Below are positions 38,372 to 52,102 of a DNA stretch of 64,000 nt, in pieces. The translations under genes and the position numbers were made by a program. The notes under the pieces were generated by a model, which saw nothing but the letters and a program-made list of their open reading frames with translations, had not been told where the DNA came from and searched no databases. The stretch is taken from positions 151,349,741 through 151,413,740 of the forward strand of contig CM041465.1 in the NCBI GenBank assembly GCA_023213395.1, given 5' to 3'. Numbering within the stretch: the stretch's first letter is position 1; each line of letters opens with the position of its first letter. The DNA is from Cycas panzhihuaensis. Its lineage: Eukaryota; Plantae; Cycadophyta.

Positions 38372-41300
38372 CATACTCTACTTGCTATTGTTCAATAGTA
38401 GGAATTACCTTTTTTTTGTTGTATGTAACCCAAGGACTATGTTGACAAGGAATTCACAACTTCTAGTGGTCAGTGAACCTTTTCTCAAAACTCACTTGTT
38501 GGATAGATGTTGCCGACAATGATTGCGCGAATAGTTGTTACCTATGGTTCAGTCCAATCCTAGTGACCTAACAAAACTAAGGGTGATCCAATCTCTTGTC
38601 TCTGATACCACTATAGTGGGCCCAACTCAAATGCAACAAACAAAGATAATATTCTAGTAGATCATATTAATATTCCACAATATTTCATAGCAAATTACAT
38701 ACATTTACAATAGGATTTCCTCACAAAATATTATTCAACAAATAATGGATACTTACAACAGATAATCTCTACAATATTCAATTCAACAGACATATAAATC
38801 ATTGATACATATATTGATAACAATAATGGAGCAATAATAATAATAGAATAACAATAATAGAACCTGATACAGTATTTGGTAGTTGCAACCCTCTTCGAGG
38901 TGGGAGTGACCCTCCAATAGGCATAAGGCCCTAATGGCACGAGGCCATTATACCAAAATGATAATAAATTCTTCGAGATTGATTTTTCAAATGATCAAGG
39001 CTTCTCTATTTAGAGCCTTTAAAACCCACTCCTAATTTTCCCTCTAAAAGATCAACTTCATAATGAAATATAATATATGATTCTTCCTTTAATCCTCTTA
39101 AAGAACCAAGTTCATAATAATAATTTTTCTCTATAGAAAATTGACTTCTTCCTTATTTTTGGGAACACTACACAATGCCATATCCTAATTAGGTTGGAGG
39201 ATCAACACATGATAGCATTTTATACATGTTAGGGGTACTACATGCTATTCAGACATTCCAATATGCTAGTTATATTTTAGGTCACCATGAATAAAGTTTT
39301 TGCAGCAGTCCTTAGAAAATTTGTTCTAATATCCTTTAATGATATCCTCATCTATTTTAAATCATGGAGTGAGCATCCAAGGCATGTAAACATTGGGCTA
39401 ACTACTTTGAAGGAAAAGTAGTTCTACGCAAAATGCTCCAAATCATGCTAGCCTGACTACCTCATTGATGAGCTTTCTAAAGGAAAATTCATTTACATGA
39501 AGCATAGAAGTAGATAAAGAGTTCGAGGCACTTAAATAAGAAATGACAACAACTTTATTCCTAGCCATGTCAAGCTTCAATGATCCATTTGTTTTAGAAT
39601 TTGATTCATCTAGCATCGACATTGGAGTGATCTTAATATAAAATAACCGCTCAACAGCATTCGAAAGAATGGAGTTAAATGATAGAAAGAAAAGGCTTAC
39701 CACTTATTATAAGGAATTGTTAGCAATAATACATGCCATGGAGAAATGGTGGCAATACCTACTAGGAAGTAAATTCATTGTAAAAACAAACCAGAGTGGC
39801 TTCAAATACTTGTTGCAACAACCCAACATGTTATACAAGTAAAGGAAGTGGATAGACAAGATACAAGCTTTTGACGTTGAAATTGTATCCAAAAAGAGGA
39901 TTGGAAATGTAATTGCAGATGCCCTATCAAGAAAGCATGATGAAGCTTTAATATTAGCCATAATGGTCATTGAATCAAGATGGGTGAAGGAAATCTAGAA
40001 TCGATATTGCGAGCCTCCAAAAACCATAATGATCATTACTAGAATATAGGCAAGAACACAAAAACCCAGCTAGGAGTACATAAATGGAATTATTTTCTAA
40101 AACAATTTGCTCTTCATTCTACTAGGATCACCTTCGATAAGCAAAATACTGTGAAAATTCCAAGATGCACTAGCAGCATGACATGTTGGAAGACTAAAAG
40201 TTTATACCAACATCATAAACACCTCCTTTTAACTAAGTATGGCAAGGGCAACAAAAAAGTATGTGATAAAATGTGAAACTTGTCAATGATAGGAATCCAA
40301 AACTATACCTTCCTTATATCACATTAAAAATAGGAAGACATATCCATGGACTTCATTACAACTCTTCCCCCCTTTGATGGGAAGGATGCAATATTTGTGG
40401 TGGTCAATAGACTAACCAAATATGATCACTTCATGTCAATCAATTTAATGGACAAAGCACCTCAGATTGTAGAAATATTGACAAAGGAGGCCTGCTATCT
40501 CTATGGGAAAATAAAAAGAATTGTATAAAAAAAGGATCCTAAATTCATAAGAAATTTCTAGCAAGATTTTTTGTAAATAATAGTTACTACAATCAACATG
40601 AGCCCTGCTTATTACTTGCAAATTGATGAACAAACATAAAGGGCAAACAAGTGTCTAGAAGGTTACCTAAAAAACTACACGGGTGATAAGCAAAATAGAT
40701 GGGTCAAATGGCTACACCTGGATAAATTTTCGTAGAACATAACTGACCATGTTGCAAAAAAAATGACATTGCTTATGACATTATATGGGTACCCAACCCC
40801 ATCAATAAAAGGCTACTTAAACCTAGATACTAAGATCCAAGAAATAAAATCAAACTTGGAGGAATCTCAAGACATAATTAGAACCCTAAAAGACAACTTG
40901 GCAATGACAACAAACAAAAAGAAACAATAGGCTGAGCAACATAGAATAGAGAAAATAGTTTCAATAGGAGACATGGTATTCATCTGCTTGCAACTATATA
41001 AACAACTTACACTTAAAAGCAAAGATAAACAGAAACTTGTCTTATTGTTTTCCAACCTGTACAAAATTAAGAAAAAGATAAGCAACATAGCATACTTCCT
41101 CGATCTACCTACCAAAGGAAGGATGCACGATGTGTTCCATGTGCCATGTCTAAAAAAGGAATCGTGAAATACAAGGTCACACCGAATAGAACTTCATGTG
41201 CTTGATGAGAAAGGCAAGGTATACCTTGAGCCAAAAGGCATTTTAGAAGAAAAATAAAGGCAATTCTAGTCCAAAAAATAAATAGAATACCATATTAAAT

Positions 41301-41481
41301 GGAAAGACGTACCCATACAGGATTCAACATGGGAACTAGAAAGCTTCATCCAAAACCATTTGAATTTACTCAAGCTTTGAAGACAAAATTTCTTAAGAGG
41401 GAAATGCCTGTGGTAAGCTAAGAGGTAGGAAGTTAGCCAAAACCATCCCCACCATGTGGCTTCCTATTTAAGGGGCAACTT

Positions 41482-44250
41482 TGTGTGCTTCTCAGCCTAC
41501 AAACTTAAATTTACATGCAATGTTGACAGATGTCAAGAACACAAACTTCAATTTGATGCAAAACCATCTACTGCTTTATTATCAAAAGAGAGATCTACAT
41601 TTGGTCCTCTCACAACTAGATGTAGCCCCTAAAATAGTACATAAGAAGAAATCAAACTAGGAGTAGATATGGCAGCAGACTAGATGATAACATATGAAAG
41701 GTAAGAAAAGAAATCCTAAGACTAGTGCACTTTGGCTTCATTACATCAATACCTTTATATGATAGATAGTAATAACTATCTATTTGTTACAATTACAAAA
41801 GAATAATAGGAGAAGTCACTTTTCCATTCATTAACCATAATCGAATGATTCGATTGGTTGTTGTGATCGCGATCCACAGGCTTAATCACAATCTGTAGAC
41901 TTGATTGTGATCCAAAAGATGATAAAAAATGTAGACCATTGTTGAATTATCAATTTGCACATGTCTCCCCCATCACAAGTTTGTCGACTACCCTCACTCA
42001 ACCAAAAGAAGTCAATTTTTTCCAAATATCAATTATCTTCCTTCCTTCCAAAATTTTGAGCTAGTAGTTACCAAATATCTCTCCTCTTTCTGCAACATGC
42101 TTAGTCAATGCTCTTTTCGTATTTGTTTGGTCCTGTTTTAACTAGTTCCATGCTTTGTTTAATGCCAAGGAATTTGGTCGTTCAATCTTGGGTGGTGGAA
42201 ATAAACCTTTGGATCAAATAAAATCATGCAAATGTAAATCATTTTGTTGGGCCTTTAGTTGTTTGACATTTGGCAATTCTCTACATCATAGAGCAACAAC
42301 TTTAGAATATAATCCAAGATTAATTGCTTTAGTATTTTTAAGCTCACTTTTTAAGGCATGAATTACCCCCCACACTCACTATATTCTCTAGAGACCTCAT
42401 CTATCTTCATTTTGCTTTGGACATTAGAAATGTCATCGACCCATTCTAAAATCAATTGACACAAGAAATCTAATGTCTCTTATGTCTCTGCTACTTGATT
42501 TTGTGCCTCAAGCAATTGAGTTTCCAATTGATGCAATTGTCTTAGGATTGTCAGTGGTTTGTGTATTTTTCTCTCCAATTTGGTGACTAGTTGTCGTATC
42601 ACACTTCCAAGAACTGACGTCTTCCATTGGGAGACATTATGATAATTAGAATGCAACGTATCCAGTCCTTCTTCAAATATCTATTCCTGAGTTGAGAATT
42701 CTATTTGCTCAAGCTACTGTAAAAATGTCTCCAAAATTGCTTGCTTCATTTTTTCTATCATTGGTTTCGATGCAAATATAGCAATCACAAAATAATGATG
42801 AAATTGGTATTTTAATAAGTAGTATGAAATCATTTTTTATAAATGATGAAGTTAGTATTTTAAATAATTATTAAGTATGAAGTTGATTTTTTTAATGAGG
42901 GCCTAAGTTTGGTGCCTATACATAGGAGAGCCTAATTCATTATGTACATGTTTATTTTGCATAATGGCTTAATATTTTATTTTTGGCACTTTGGTGCGTG
43001 GGGCAAATTGATTTGCCATTTTAGCTTTCATTTATCAGCCTTCTTATTCAATTTATATCTATTGTTGTTTCTTTTATGAAAGATTATTTCTACTGTGTTA
43101 ATTATTTGACCTCTAGGTTTTTGAGATTACTAATCTAAGGAAATATTTTGCTACTGTGAAATCATTTTTTGTTGACTATTAGGTTAGGGTCACACCAAAC
43201 TAGTATCAAAGCCAAGACTTGGATGTTTTATTTGGAGGGAATTTTGGGATATGCACTCCAACAACATGTAAATATCTACATGCATTCGTGATTTTATACC
43301 CTACTATGGAGGGAGTACGAATAGGTGTACATTTGCTAGGTAAATTCGGGACTTATAGGCCTTGTGAGGGAAGCCATTGAATGTGGAAGCTCAGACCATA
43401 GTAAAATTGTCCAGTTCGTCATTGGCTCAAAGATCTAGACAATGAGGCAAGGAGCGAGGAGCAAATAGTTTGGAATCTCTCACACTACATGGAGGGTATC
43501 ATTTTGCATCTCATTGGTGGTGAGGCAACAAGGATATTAGAATTTGCATATCAATTGTTATGGCATGAGATTACATGATGCACATAGTTATTTAGTTAGT
43601 TTAAAAGAACTTCAATTCTTTTCCCTATGGTTCCTTTGAAAAATATTTAGAATCACCTTTTGAAAGATGGTTGGTGCAAAGTCAAGCCAAAAGGCATGAC
43701 ACGATAGCCATAGGTGCCCTACTCCATCACAAAAGTTGCTTTTAATTGATCTTTTAGGGCAATTCGAACCTGGTTGTATCCACTGAATCCATTAGTGAAT
43801 GAGAAAACCTCATGTTCAGCCACCTTTTCTAAGATGTCTTTAATGAATGGGATAAGAATTTGGTCTCATTTATTGACCTTGTTCAATGCTCTATAATCCA
43901 TACAAACTTGTGGCTTCCAATTCTTTTTGGGAACAACTACCACTAGACTCACCCATTCATTATTTTCCACTTTGAAGACATATCCAACTTCCAACAACTT
44001 GTCCAATTTTGCCTTGACTCTTTCCTTGTATTTGGGGTTCATTATGTAGGGCATTGCCTCACTAGGCTTGCCCCTTCAATTAAGCCAATTTTATGCTCCT
44101 CCAATTCTATTGGAACACCTTTAAGGTCCTTATAGGACCTTGCAAAGACATCCTTATATTCTATTAAAAAAGTTGTCACTTTGTTCATGGTCTCCTCATC
44201 CTAGTAGTCACCCATGGTGACATATTTAGGTTTCTCTTCTATCCCTATGT
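41482..44250 (-). mobile_element. Element I: fragments of a third Athila-like A/B-family element (3' LTR 41482-41963, PPT, extra-ORF C-terminus, RT fragment 43590-44250)
   Basis: LTR begins TGTGTGCTT on + and shares motifs with B LTRs. PPT TCTCCCCCAT at 41964. RT MNPKYKERVKAKLDKLLEVGYVFKVENNEWVS matches A. Confidence 0.8.
42777..43590 (+). mobile_element. Truncated H-like element (LTR ~42777-43197, PBS, leader) nested in I
   Basis: LTR start resembles the H LTR; TATA-like CCTATACATAGG; PBS-like TAGTATCAAAGCCAAG 43201-43216. Confidence 0.6.
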
Positions 44251-47200
44251 CATCTAAGTACTGTCGAGTAGACAAAACTAGTTTTTTTCTTCAAGGGGAG
44301 TAGCCACTAACAAGCTATAGATGCTTGTTTGATAAAATTTAATGGTATAATTTATTCATAGGTAGAAGATACCTATTTAGCATGATTTATTAATGTTTTT
44401 TTCTCTACAATGTTTGTTGTATAAAGCTTTTTATTATCTTGCATGTATTTGTTAATCTTTGACATGAAGATATATTAAGTGTTTCTTTAGGTTGAATTTA
44501 TTGGTCTATTTATTGAGTAGGTCATACACTGTTCTAACAGTGACATGCAAGCATAGATGGAGACATGTAGGCTGGATAAAAGAGAGATAGACAGGTAGAC
44601 AAATACCTCCTTCAAAGCAAATGACATGTAGGCTCAAAAACGCACATGCAAACAAACCCAATGTGCATGCACCTACAATCAAAGAGCAATGAATAAAGAC
44701 CTCTGTTAAAAGACTAAGTAATATGCTCTGTTGAACACACTACATAGTGATTAAAATGGGCAGTAAAAATTGTTGAAGGACCTCCATTAATGAGATTGGG
44801 CACCAAAGTGATTAAGACCCTTGAGCAAAATTAATACCCTCTATTAAAGTGAATCAACTAAGACGAATGGAGGCTTTGCTGAAGATTGATCAAAGTGGAA
44901 AGTAACAAAAAAACACTAAAAAAGTTGATGAAAGAATGATTAAACAACCAAGGTGAGAAAGCAACACGAAATACATTACAAAACATTGATATTCATTAAA
45001 AAACTGGATGATCAAACTTTACGAAAGAGTAAGTATTAAAAAGGGTATATTCTTAGAATATCCCAAAGTTCATATCATAAAGTTTTGAAACCTTATCAAA
45101 AAAATTGAAAATTTTCAAAGATTTAATAGCCACATGACCTGCACATTCACAACAACTTGCGACAACTTCATAAGCTTAGAAATTGATTATTCAGCCATCA
45201 ATCTTCAATTTGAGACTAATGCCCACCTCAGAAGAGCCCAGAGAAGTCATATCAACCCTTGATCAGAGAAAATCTAGAGTTTTTGAACCCACAGAGTCAT
45301 TAAGAGCCGCACGCCCATACGGTGAAGCAAAGACCAAAATCTTTCATTTTGAGTCGAAAGGACCATCAAGCAGGCTATAAATCTATTATAAAGGATAATA
45401 CACAGTGTGCTTGCTAGCCTACGTCTACTATGTAACAGTCTTGTAATCAGAATAGAATAGCAACACAAAGATCAACTGAAGTGAATGCAAACCATGATCA
45501 TTGTATTAATGATGGGTCACGTCTAGTCCTCTCACAACCAGACACAAACCCAAAATAGTACACAAGGTTGCAACTAATGCAATACAACAGGACTTTATTT
45601 ACAATATGTACAGGCGCACAGTGCTCGATACTCTAATTCCAATCAGTAACTCATGCACACGCATATAGTTTACAACTACCCATTACATTATTTATATTTT
45701 TGTAAGTCATTCTATAATTGTTGAGTATTAGAATAGTTGCGGGTTTACGGTTGGTTGCAACTACTTCCAACTGTTTGTTGCTTTTGTTGCAGTTGCTCGA
45801 ACTATTATTGTTGAGGCTGACATAACTGTATCTCGAATCATGATCATTCCACCCGACATTGCAACCAATTGGTCGCAATTGACTTCCCCTTTAGTTTTGT
45901 ATTCCTGTGGACTTCAATTCAAGTTGCAACTGATATGATTTCTCAGCACGTATCTCCCTCATCACTGTTCCCATGAGTGCCCTTACTCATACAAAATTTC
46001 AAAAATTTCAAAACTTCTTTCCTCATCCCCCTTAAAATTTTTGAAATTCAACTCTGGACTACAATTGTTATTGAATTTTCATCATTTCCTGTTGAACAGT
46101 CTATGGATCAAGTCGTCGCATAGTATTGGGTGGAGAAATGCCATGACTCCTACAATGGTCATATAAAATTCCTACATCTCGTAATGCTTTAGTTGGGTCA
46201 TAGTAGGTTTTTCTCCATAATACAATTCTTCAATCTCCTCCTTCAATTCATTGTTCAATAGTTGAACAAAGGCTAATTACTTTCGTGATGATGTAATCAT
46301 ACTCCAATATTTATCAGCATGTGTGGCATCGTGTTGTGTTTGTGAGGATCCAAACCCCTAGCTTATATATTACCCTTTCTAGCCCTGGTGCAATCTAATT
46401 ATTAAATTGATCCTGAAAAATCTTCACCTAATGTTCCACCCTTGAAACATCATCCACCCAATGCATAATGAATTTTATCAAGAATTCTAATTTTACTTCA
46501 GAAGCTGCCAGTTGATCTTCTACCTTCTATACTCACAACATTTTGAGCAGTGGATGCTTATTCTGAGTTTCCAATTTAGTGACTAACTATCGAATAACTT
46601 TTGCTAAGAAAGAAGTTTTCCAATGTGCCACATTGTGTCTTACATTCCATACGGTCTATTCCTTCCTCCAAAAACTCTTCATTGGGATTAAAGTCAACTT
46701 TAGCAGGTTGATTGTTTAGAATTTTTATTATTTCTTCTTTCCTTCTCTTTGTTGCTAGCTTCCTCTTTCTTTTCTTATCTTCCTTAATATTCCAGACCTT
46801 AGTTGATTGTGGTTCTTGCTAAGATTCTCCCTCCAAAATCTCTTCCTTAATGAGTACCCTGCCATCTTCTTCCTTTTACTTTCCTTTTTTAATTTCCTCC
46901 CTTTTCTTTTCATCCCTCTTTTCCATATCTTCACTCGTCTCCTTCTATTTTTCCTCTTTTCTTTTCTGTTTCTGTACTTTGACTAGGGAGGACACCTATT
47001 CTCGCTGCCTTTTCTTTCCTTCTTTTTCTTTCAGAGAAGGTTGGGGACTGCTTGATTGCTTTTTTTGCAAGACCTAGTTCTCCACTCGTTCCTGAACCAT
47101 TCTCTATCTTGTGCTCATTTTTTAAAGTATTCTATCCAATTGACTAGGACAGATTGTCCCTATTCTGGTCGAGGTGAATCAAGATCCAGACACTAAGAAT

Positions 47201-48174
47201 TTAACAACCCTTGGAAGAGAGTTTGATGGTAAAACACTATAGAGTGTGTGATAATTTTAATATTATTCAACTTTTCAAGGAGTTTAATATACACGAAGGA
47301 AGCCTGCCTCAATTTTTCTCCTTGTGCTACCCTTAGAAGCATTGAACACATCATCTCAGTTGGCACGTATAGATTTTTTTGACTTAAAATTACCCAAGTG
47401 AAGAGGAAATGGGCAACCCCCCATCACTGTTATGATACAATACCTATAATGTGAATTCTTGAAGTTAAAGTGTCCGACTCTTGGGCTTCCAATTGCTACA
47501 TTACTTGCTCATGGGTAATTCATTTGTCCTTTGGTACATCTTTGCCCGTATCTGGTAGTCTCATAATCTGGGCTAAACAATCCTACTTGCATGTACTGGT
47601 CAAATCGTACCTTCGTCAAATTTATCTTGCGATCATCTGTTCGTAGCATAGTAGCCCACTCAGCCTAAATTCTTTCATTGTCTATTTCTCAAAATACAAT
47701 GTTAAACATAGGGATGTCTTATGTTCTACAAATACTATGTTGGTTAATTCTGTCATGAACTTCATATGCTTGCTTTTGTTGGTCCTAATTTGCCACCTTT
47801 CGTCGCTGCTAGTTCCTTTCAATGGAGCCATTATTTATCCTATTCTCCTTGCACGATCGTCTTCATTTGTAGTATAGGTTGTCCAATCTGTGCCTTGGTT
47901 GCAACCAAATCATTGCTTTGATCTCAATCATTGTTATCCATACACCACTATGCATGATGGCCACTTGTCTGATTTAACATTAATCGTATCTTTGAAAATC
48001 TCGCCACACTATTAACCATCATGTCAATTACGGCCTTTCACCAGCTCATAATTATTATTATTAATTATTTGGTGTGTCCAATTAGTCATACTGCCAGGTC
48101 ACATCCATATTGCGGTCATGTCTTTGTCCTCGTTGCTCGTGTAGTTGTTGTTATCATTGCCTAGGGGGTAATCA

Positions 48175-48420
48175 TGATTGCAATTGACTTCATTCATGGT
48201 TGGAACGAAGGTTGCAAGTTACCATGGTGGTTGCAGCCATCCTTGTATGAGGCAACAACTATCCTCATGTAGGGTTGCAACTGTCCTTGTGCAAGGTTGC
48301 AACCATCTTACAGTTGCAAGTTTTGTTCAAAGTTGCAACCATCCTTGTCGAGGTTGCACTACGTTTATTAATTTGACATCAAACACTTTGGCAACAATTG
48401 GTATTCTGGTTGCAACTGGT
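48175..48420. repeat. Cluster of GGTTGCAAC(C) palindromic motifs between integrase and the extra ORF of B
   Basis: Repeated ggttgcaag/ggttgcagc/ggttgcaac/gttgcaacc units about 20 nt apart. Confidence 0.75.
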
Positions 48421-49940
48421 ACTTTGAAAGATCCACAAAACAATTCATGGTAATAACAATTTTTTATACTTCATATGATTAAGGGGTTTCATGTCCCTAT
48501 GGTTTGCTTCCAAATTTTTTTTAAAACTTACTGTGTACCACTTTAGTCAACTTCTATTGACTGTTTTATTAAACAACCTTCCATCTAACTACTGAAGTTG
48601 TACATCCCCATTTTGTTTAATGTGATTTACCTTATATGGACCCAACCATCATGACTTCATTTTAAACCTGGCTTTATGTATAACTTGCTATCTATAAAAG
48701 TACTAAATCTCCCTCATGGAACTAAGGCATTTTCAAATGTTGATCATGCCATGCCTCACCCCTCTCCTTTTTTGCTTTCAATTTCCACAAGGCTCTTGCT
48801 TGTTGTTTGTCCATCTTATCAATTCCACAAACCATTTATCTCTTGAGTCCTTTTCTTATAATCATAGATGAACTGCTACTCTCAAGCTTTCTATTTGGAA
48901 CTCCAAAGGAAGTACAACCTCCAACCCAGAAACTAGCTAGGATGGTGTTTGTTTATGTGGTCTTTTTACCATTCTTCTATCTGCCCACAACACCAAGTAC
49001 ATTTGTTCTGCCCAATCCATTCTTCCCTCACTATAGATCTTGGACAAGGCTAGCTTTAAGATTTTATTTATGCTTTCTACTTACCCATTTGCTCATGGAT
49101 AATACGGGAAAGATTTGTAATGTTGAATCATAAATTCTTTTGTGAGGTGCCTAATAGTCTAGTTCAAAAAACTACTCCCTTGATCTGACACGATTTCCAA
49201 AGGGCATCTAAAATGAACAATGACAGTCTCATACAAAAATCTAGTTGTATTTTGAGCATCTCATGTCTTCATAGGTCTAGCTTCAGTCCATTTAGTTAAG
49301 AAATCCATAGCAACTAATATATATTTAGCATTGGTCCATTTGACTGGTTGACTGATTGGTCCAACAAAATACAACCCCCACTTCTCGAATGGAGCTTGTG
49401 CTAGTATAGGATGTAAAGGCATGAAATGATTCTTACTTGACTTACCTACACGTTGGCACACATCACAACTGTAGACCCATTTTTTGTGTCCTCGAACAAT
49501 GTGGGCCACCATAGCCCTACAAGTAATATCTTCCTGGCAGTTGGTTCTACACCTTGATGTTTTGCTGCCACACCTTCATGGGCTTCTCATATTACTGCCT
49601 CCACCCCATCTTCCATTATACATCTCCTCAAGACACCATCTAGTCCTAACTTGTACAACGTCCCCTGAATTAATTGGAATGGAAAATCGTTCCGGATAAA
49701 GCTTTGCTACTCCACATGTTCCATCCCTAGCGGTGTTTTCCCTATAGTGAGATACTGTGCAATGCCTTCATACCACTTTGGTACGGCCTCAATAGAAAAT
49801 AGCTCCATATTAGGAAAGTTGTCATGCACTTGAGTGGCAAGTTCTCCTTCTACTTCCCTTGACAGCAAGTCTAGAATCATATGCTTTTCTCCCTTCTTCA
49901 TTATGATTTTAAAATTAAATTCTTGAAACAACATCTACCA

Positions 49941-50327
49941 TCAGGTGATTCTACCTTGCAAAATGGGTACCGAAATGCCTCTAAAAGTCAATCCCCAATA
50001 CTGTGTCCATTCCTTTTTTGGAATTTCATTAGTTGTCCATATTTGGACATAGTTTCGCACATACAAATGAGGATTGTCTCCATTCCAAAATAGGGGCAAT
50101 TCTATTTCATGATTATGGAATCTATTTAGAAAGTTCCGACTTATATCTTCCCAAGAATTAAATTCCTTTGCATAAGCAACATACCATAAATATACTTGAC
50201 CTATTAACGAACAAGGAAACACAAGATACAAAAAATTCTCTTGCCATTTATTTTTCATTATTTTAATACATTGATCCAATTGCTTTTTTGCTTTGCCCCA
50301 ATTGGCTGCAATACTTAGGAAGTTCAT
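49941..50327 (-). pseudogene. Tandem capsid-like repeats of B fused to the end of RNase H
   Basis: ...VFPCSLIGQVYLWY...SWEDISRNFLNRF...ELPLFWNGDNPHLY...EWTQYW then PILQGRIT. Confidence 0.7.
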
Positions 50328-51520
50328 TGGAATTCTTACCTGAAACTACATTTGCTTGGGTAATTTGTAGGTCTCTTTCTTCTCAAAAATCTTGCGGTGG
50401 TTCCAACTGAATTGCTTCATTGTCCATGTTCTCCTCCTACAAAGAGTCTGCACACAACTCTAGCCAATAACATGGAGCAAGTTCTGCTTCCTCCCATGCA
50501 TTCTAAAGCCAGTTCAACATATAAGATGATGATGGACTGCTTGGCAAGGTTGATTGGATCTAAAATGTTGTTTCTGAGCAAGGGTTAACTATCAATTTTG
50601 TTGTGACTATAGTGGGCGAGGCTTTTTCTTCATCTTCAATTTTCTCAAATTGTGGTCCATCCGAGCATAAGGAAAGAGTAACCACCTTATCTCCAACTGA
50701 GAGTGTAAAAGTATGTCTTCCCTAGTCTTGAACGACTTTTGTTGCTAACAACCAAGGTCTTTCCAATAAAGTTGGGTAGGTCCTCTTTTAACCATGCATC
50801 TTGATTACTACAAAATCTAGTAGAATAGTAATTCCTACAATAGTCGTTAGGACATTCAACAAGGTGTGCATAGGTCTACCCTTCAATTGGTTAGCCAACC
50901 TAATTGAATAGTCTAGGGTAACCACATCAGGCCTTCCCAAGGCTATCAAAGAGTATTCGAGCAACACATTCACCCTTGAGCCCCCTGTTGACAATTGTTT
51001 TACACAGAGTTGTCCCCAAAACTACCATTGAAACTCTTTGGTGAACCCCATTATCCTTGATAGCTCCAAGCATAGGTTTCTCAATTTGCTCCAATGCTAA
51101 CTGTTAGAAGTAACCAACTTCCCACCACTTAAAGATGACAAAGATAGGAATTGAAACTCCTAGTTTAGTAAGAAAATCTTTCACTATTTACAACCACTGC
51201 TAGGGATTCATATCTCCTCCTTTTTTCTCCATTGGACATTCGAATCTATAATGCCCCTATTTTCGACATAGAAAGCAATGAATTGGCTTTGTTTTGCCTT
51301 TATATTGGTTTAGTGTTCCTCATTCCGCCTTCTATAAGAGTACAATGCGAACTTCTCCTTCATTATGCTTCGGCCTAAAAAAACACTCCCAAGTATTATG
51401 GTTGTTTCATCTGCAATTCTTACACCATTTTGAAGTCCACTATGTTCATTCTTCAAGTGTCTTTGTTGATTGCAAGATGGGGGGCACTAAATATTTTCTC
51501 TTGATTTCTCCATGAGTAAA

Positions 51521-52102
51521 TGTAGCATTCTAAAATATGGTTAAAAGTATAGCATATGACCATTCAAATCAAAGGTCTCTGAACGACGATTCCAACGGTT
51601 CAGGCGAAAGTCAATTCTGAGATCTTTATCAAAAGTTATGACCATTTAAAGTCAACCTGCCAATTTTTGGAGAAGTTCTGACTGACTTCTATTTGACCAG
51701 TATTAAGAAGAATATCACATTTCCTGGCCGACTTCTATTACTATCCTTTGGCCGCCTATTTAAGGAGGATTTGCGGCCTCATTTCATCATCATCAGAGGT
51801 TCTTTGGTTGCGCATTTTCGGTTCTAGGGCTGTAATTAGCTCGCCCATTTGGGGGCTACAGTTTGGAGGGTTCCTTGCCTCGAAGAGGGAAGCTCACTTC
51901 TTCAAGAAAGACTGGTATTTTGTTGTACTTTCACTCTATTTTGGTATTATTTGATAATAAAGATTATTATTTACTTTGGTGGATTCTGTAATTCTTGTTT
52001 TTTATTCATTTTACTCTTGAATAGCATCTAGTTATTGTCTTTTGTGGATTATTACCTATATTTTGAGGAAAATTGCTATAAAAGTAGAACTAGATCGCTA
52101 CA
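51521..52102 (+). mobile_element. Solo LTR of the C family (582 bp) inserted in gag of B
   Basis: TGTAGC...GCTACA ends; perfect TSD GTAAA (51516-51520 and 52103-52107); colinear with C LTRs plus 110 extra bp. Confidence 0.95.

Larger units (their letters stand above)
29665..39172 (-). mobile_element. Element H: non-autonomous LTR element (LARD/TR-GAG-like) with a gag remnant and no pol; interrupted by F
   Basis: LTRs 29665-30227 and 38612-39172. PBS (reverse) ending 38610; PPT AAAGGGGACGGGAAT next to 30228. Capsid-like remnant KKWLENVEIIHEF...LLDGRAHD*FINW at ~31700-31880. Confidence 0.85.
27800..41481 (+). mobile_element. Element G: very decayed chromovirus, split by H (29665-39172); 3' LTR cut by I
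   Basis: VVVLINLGSTHSF PR. RT LCANYRALNKITIK...DDILDEL resumes at 39173. INT MDFITTLPPFDGKDAIFVVVNRLTKY, chromodomain ~41225-41350, PPT 41395-41404, LTR start 41409. 5' LTR not identified. Confidence 0.82.

Noticed and set aside
29660-39177. TSD of H
   Set aside because: Flanks CATTA/CAATG match only 3 of 5, so they were not used as evidence.
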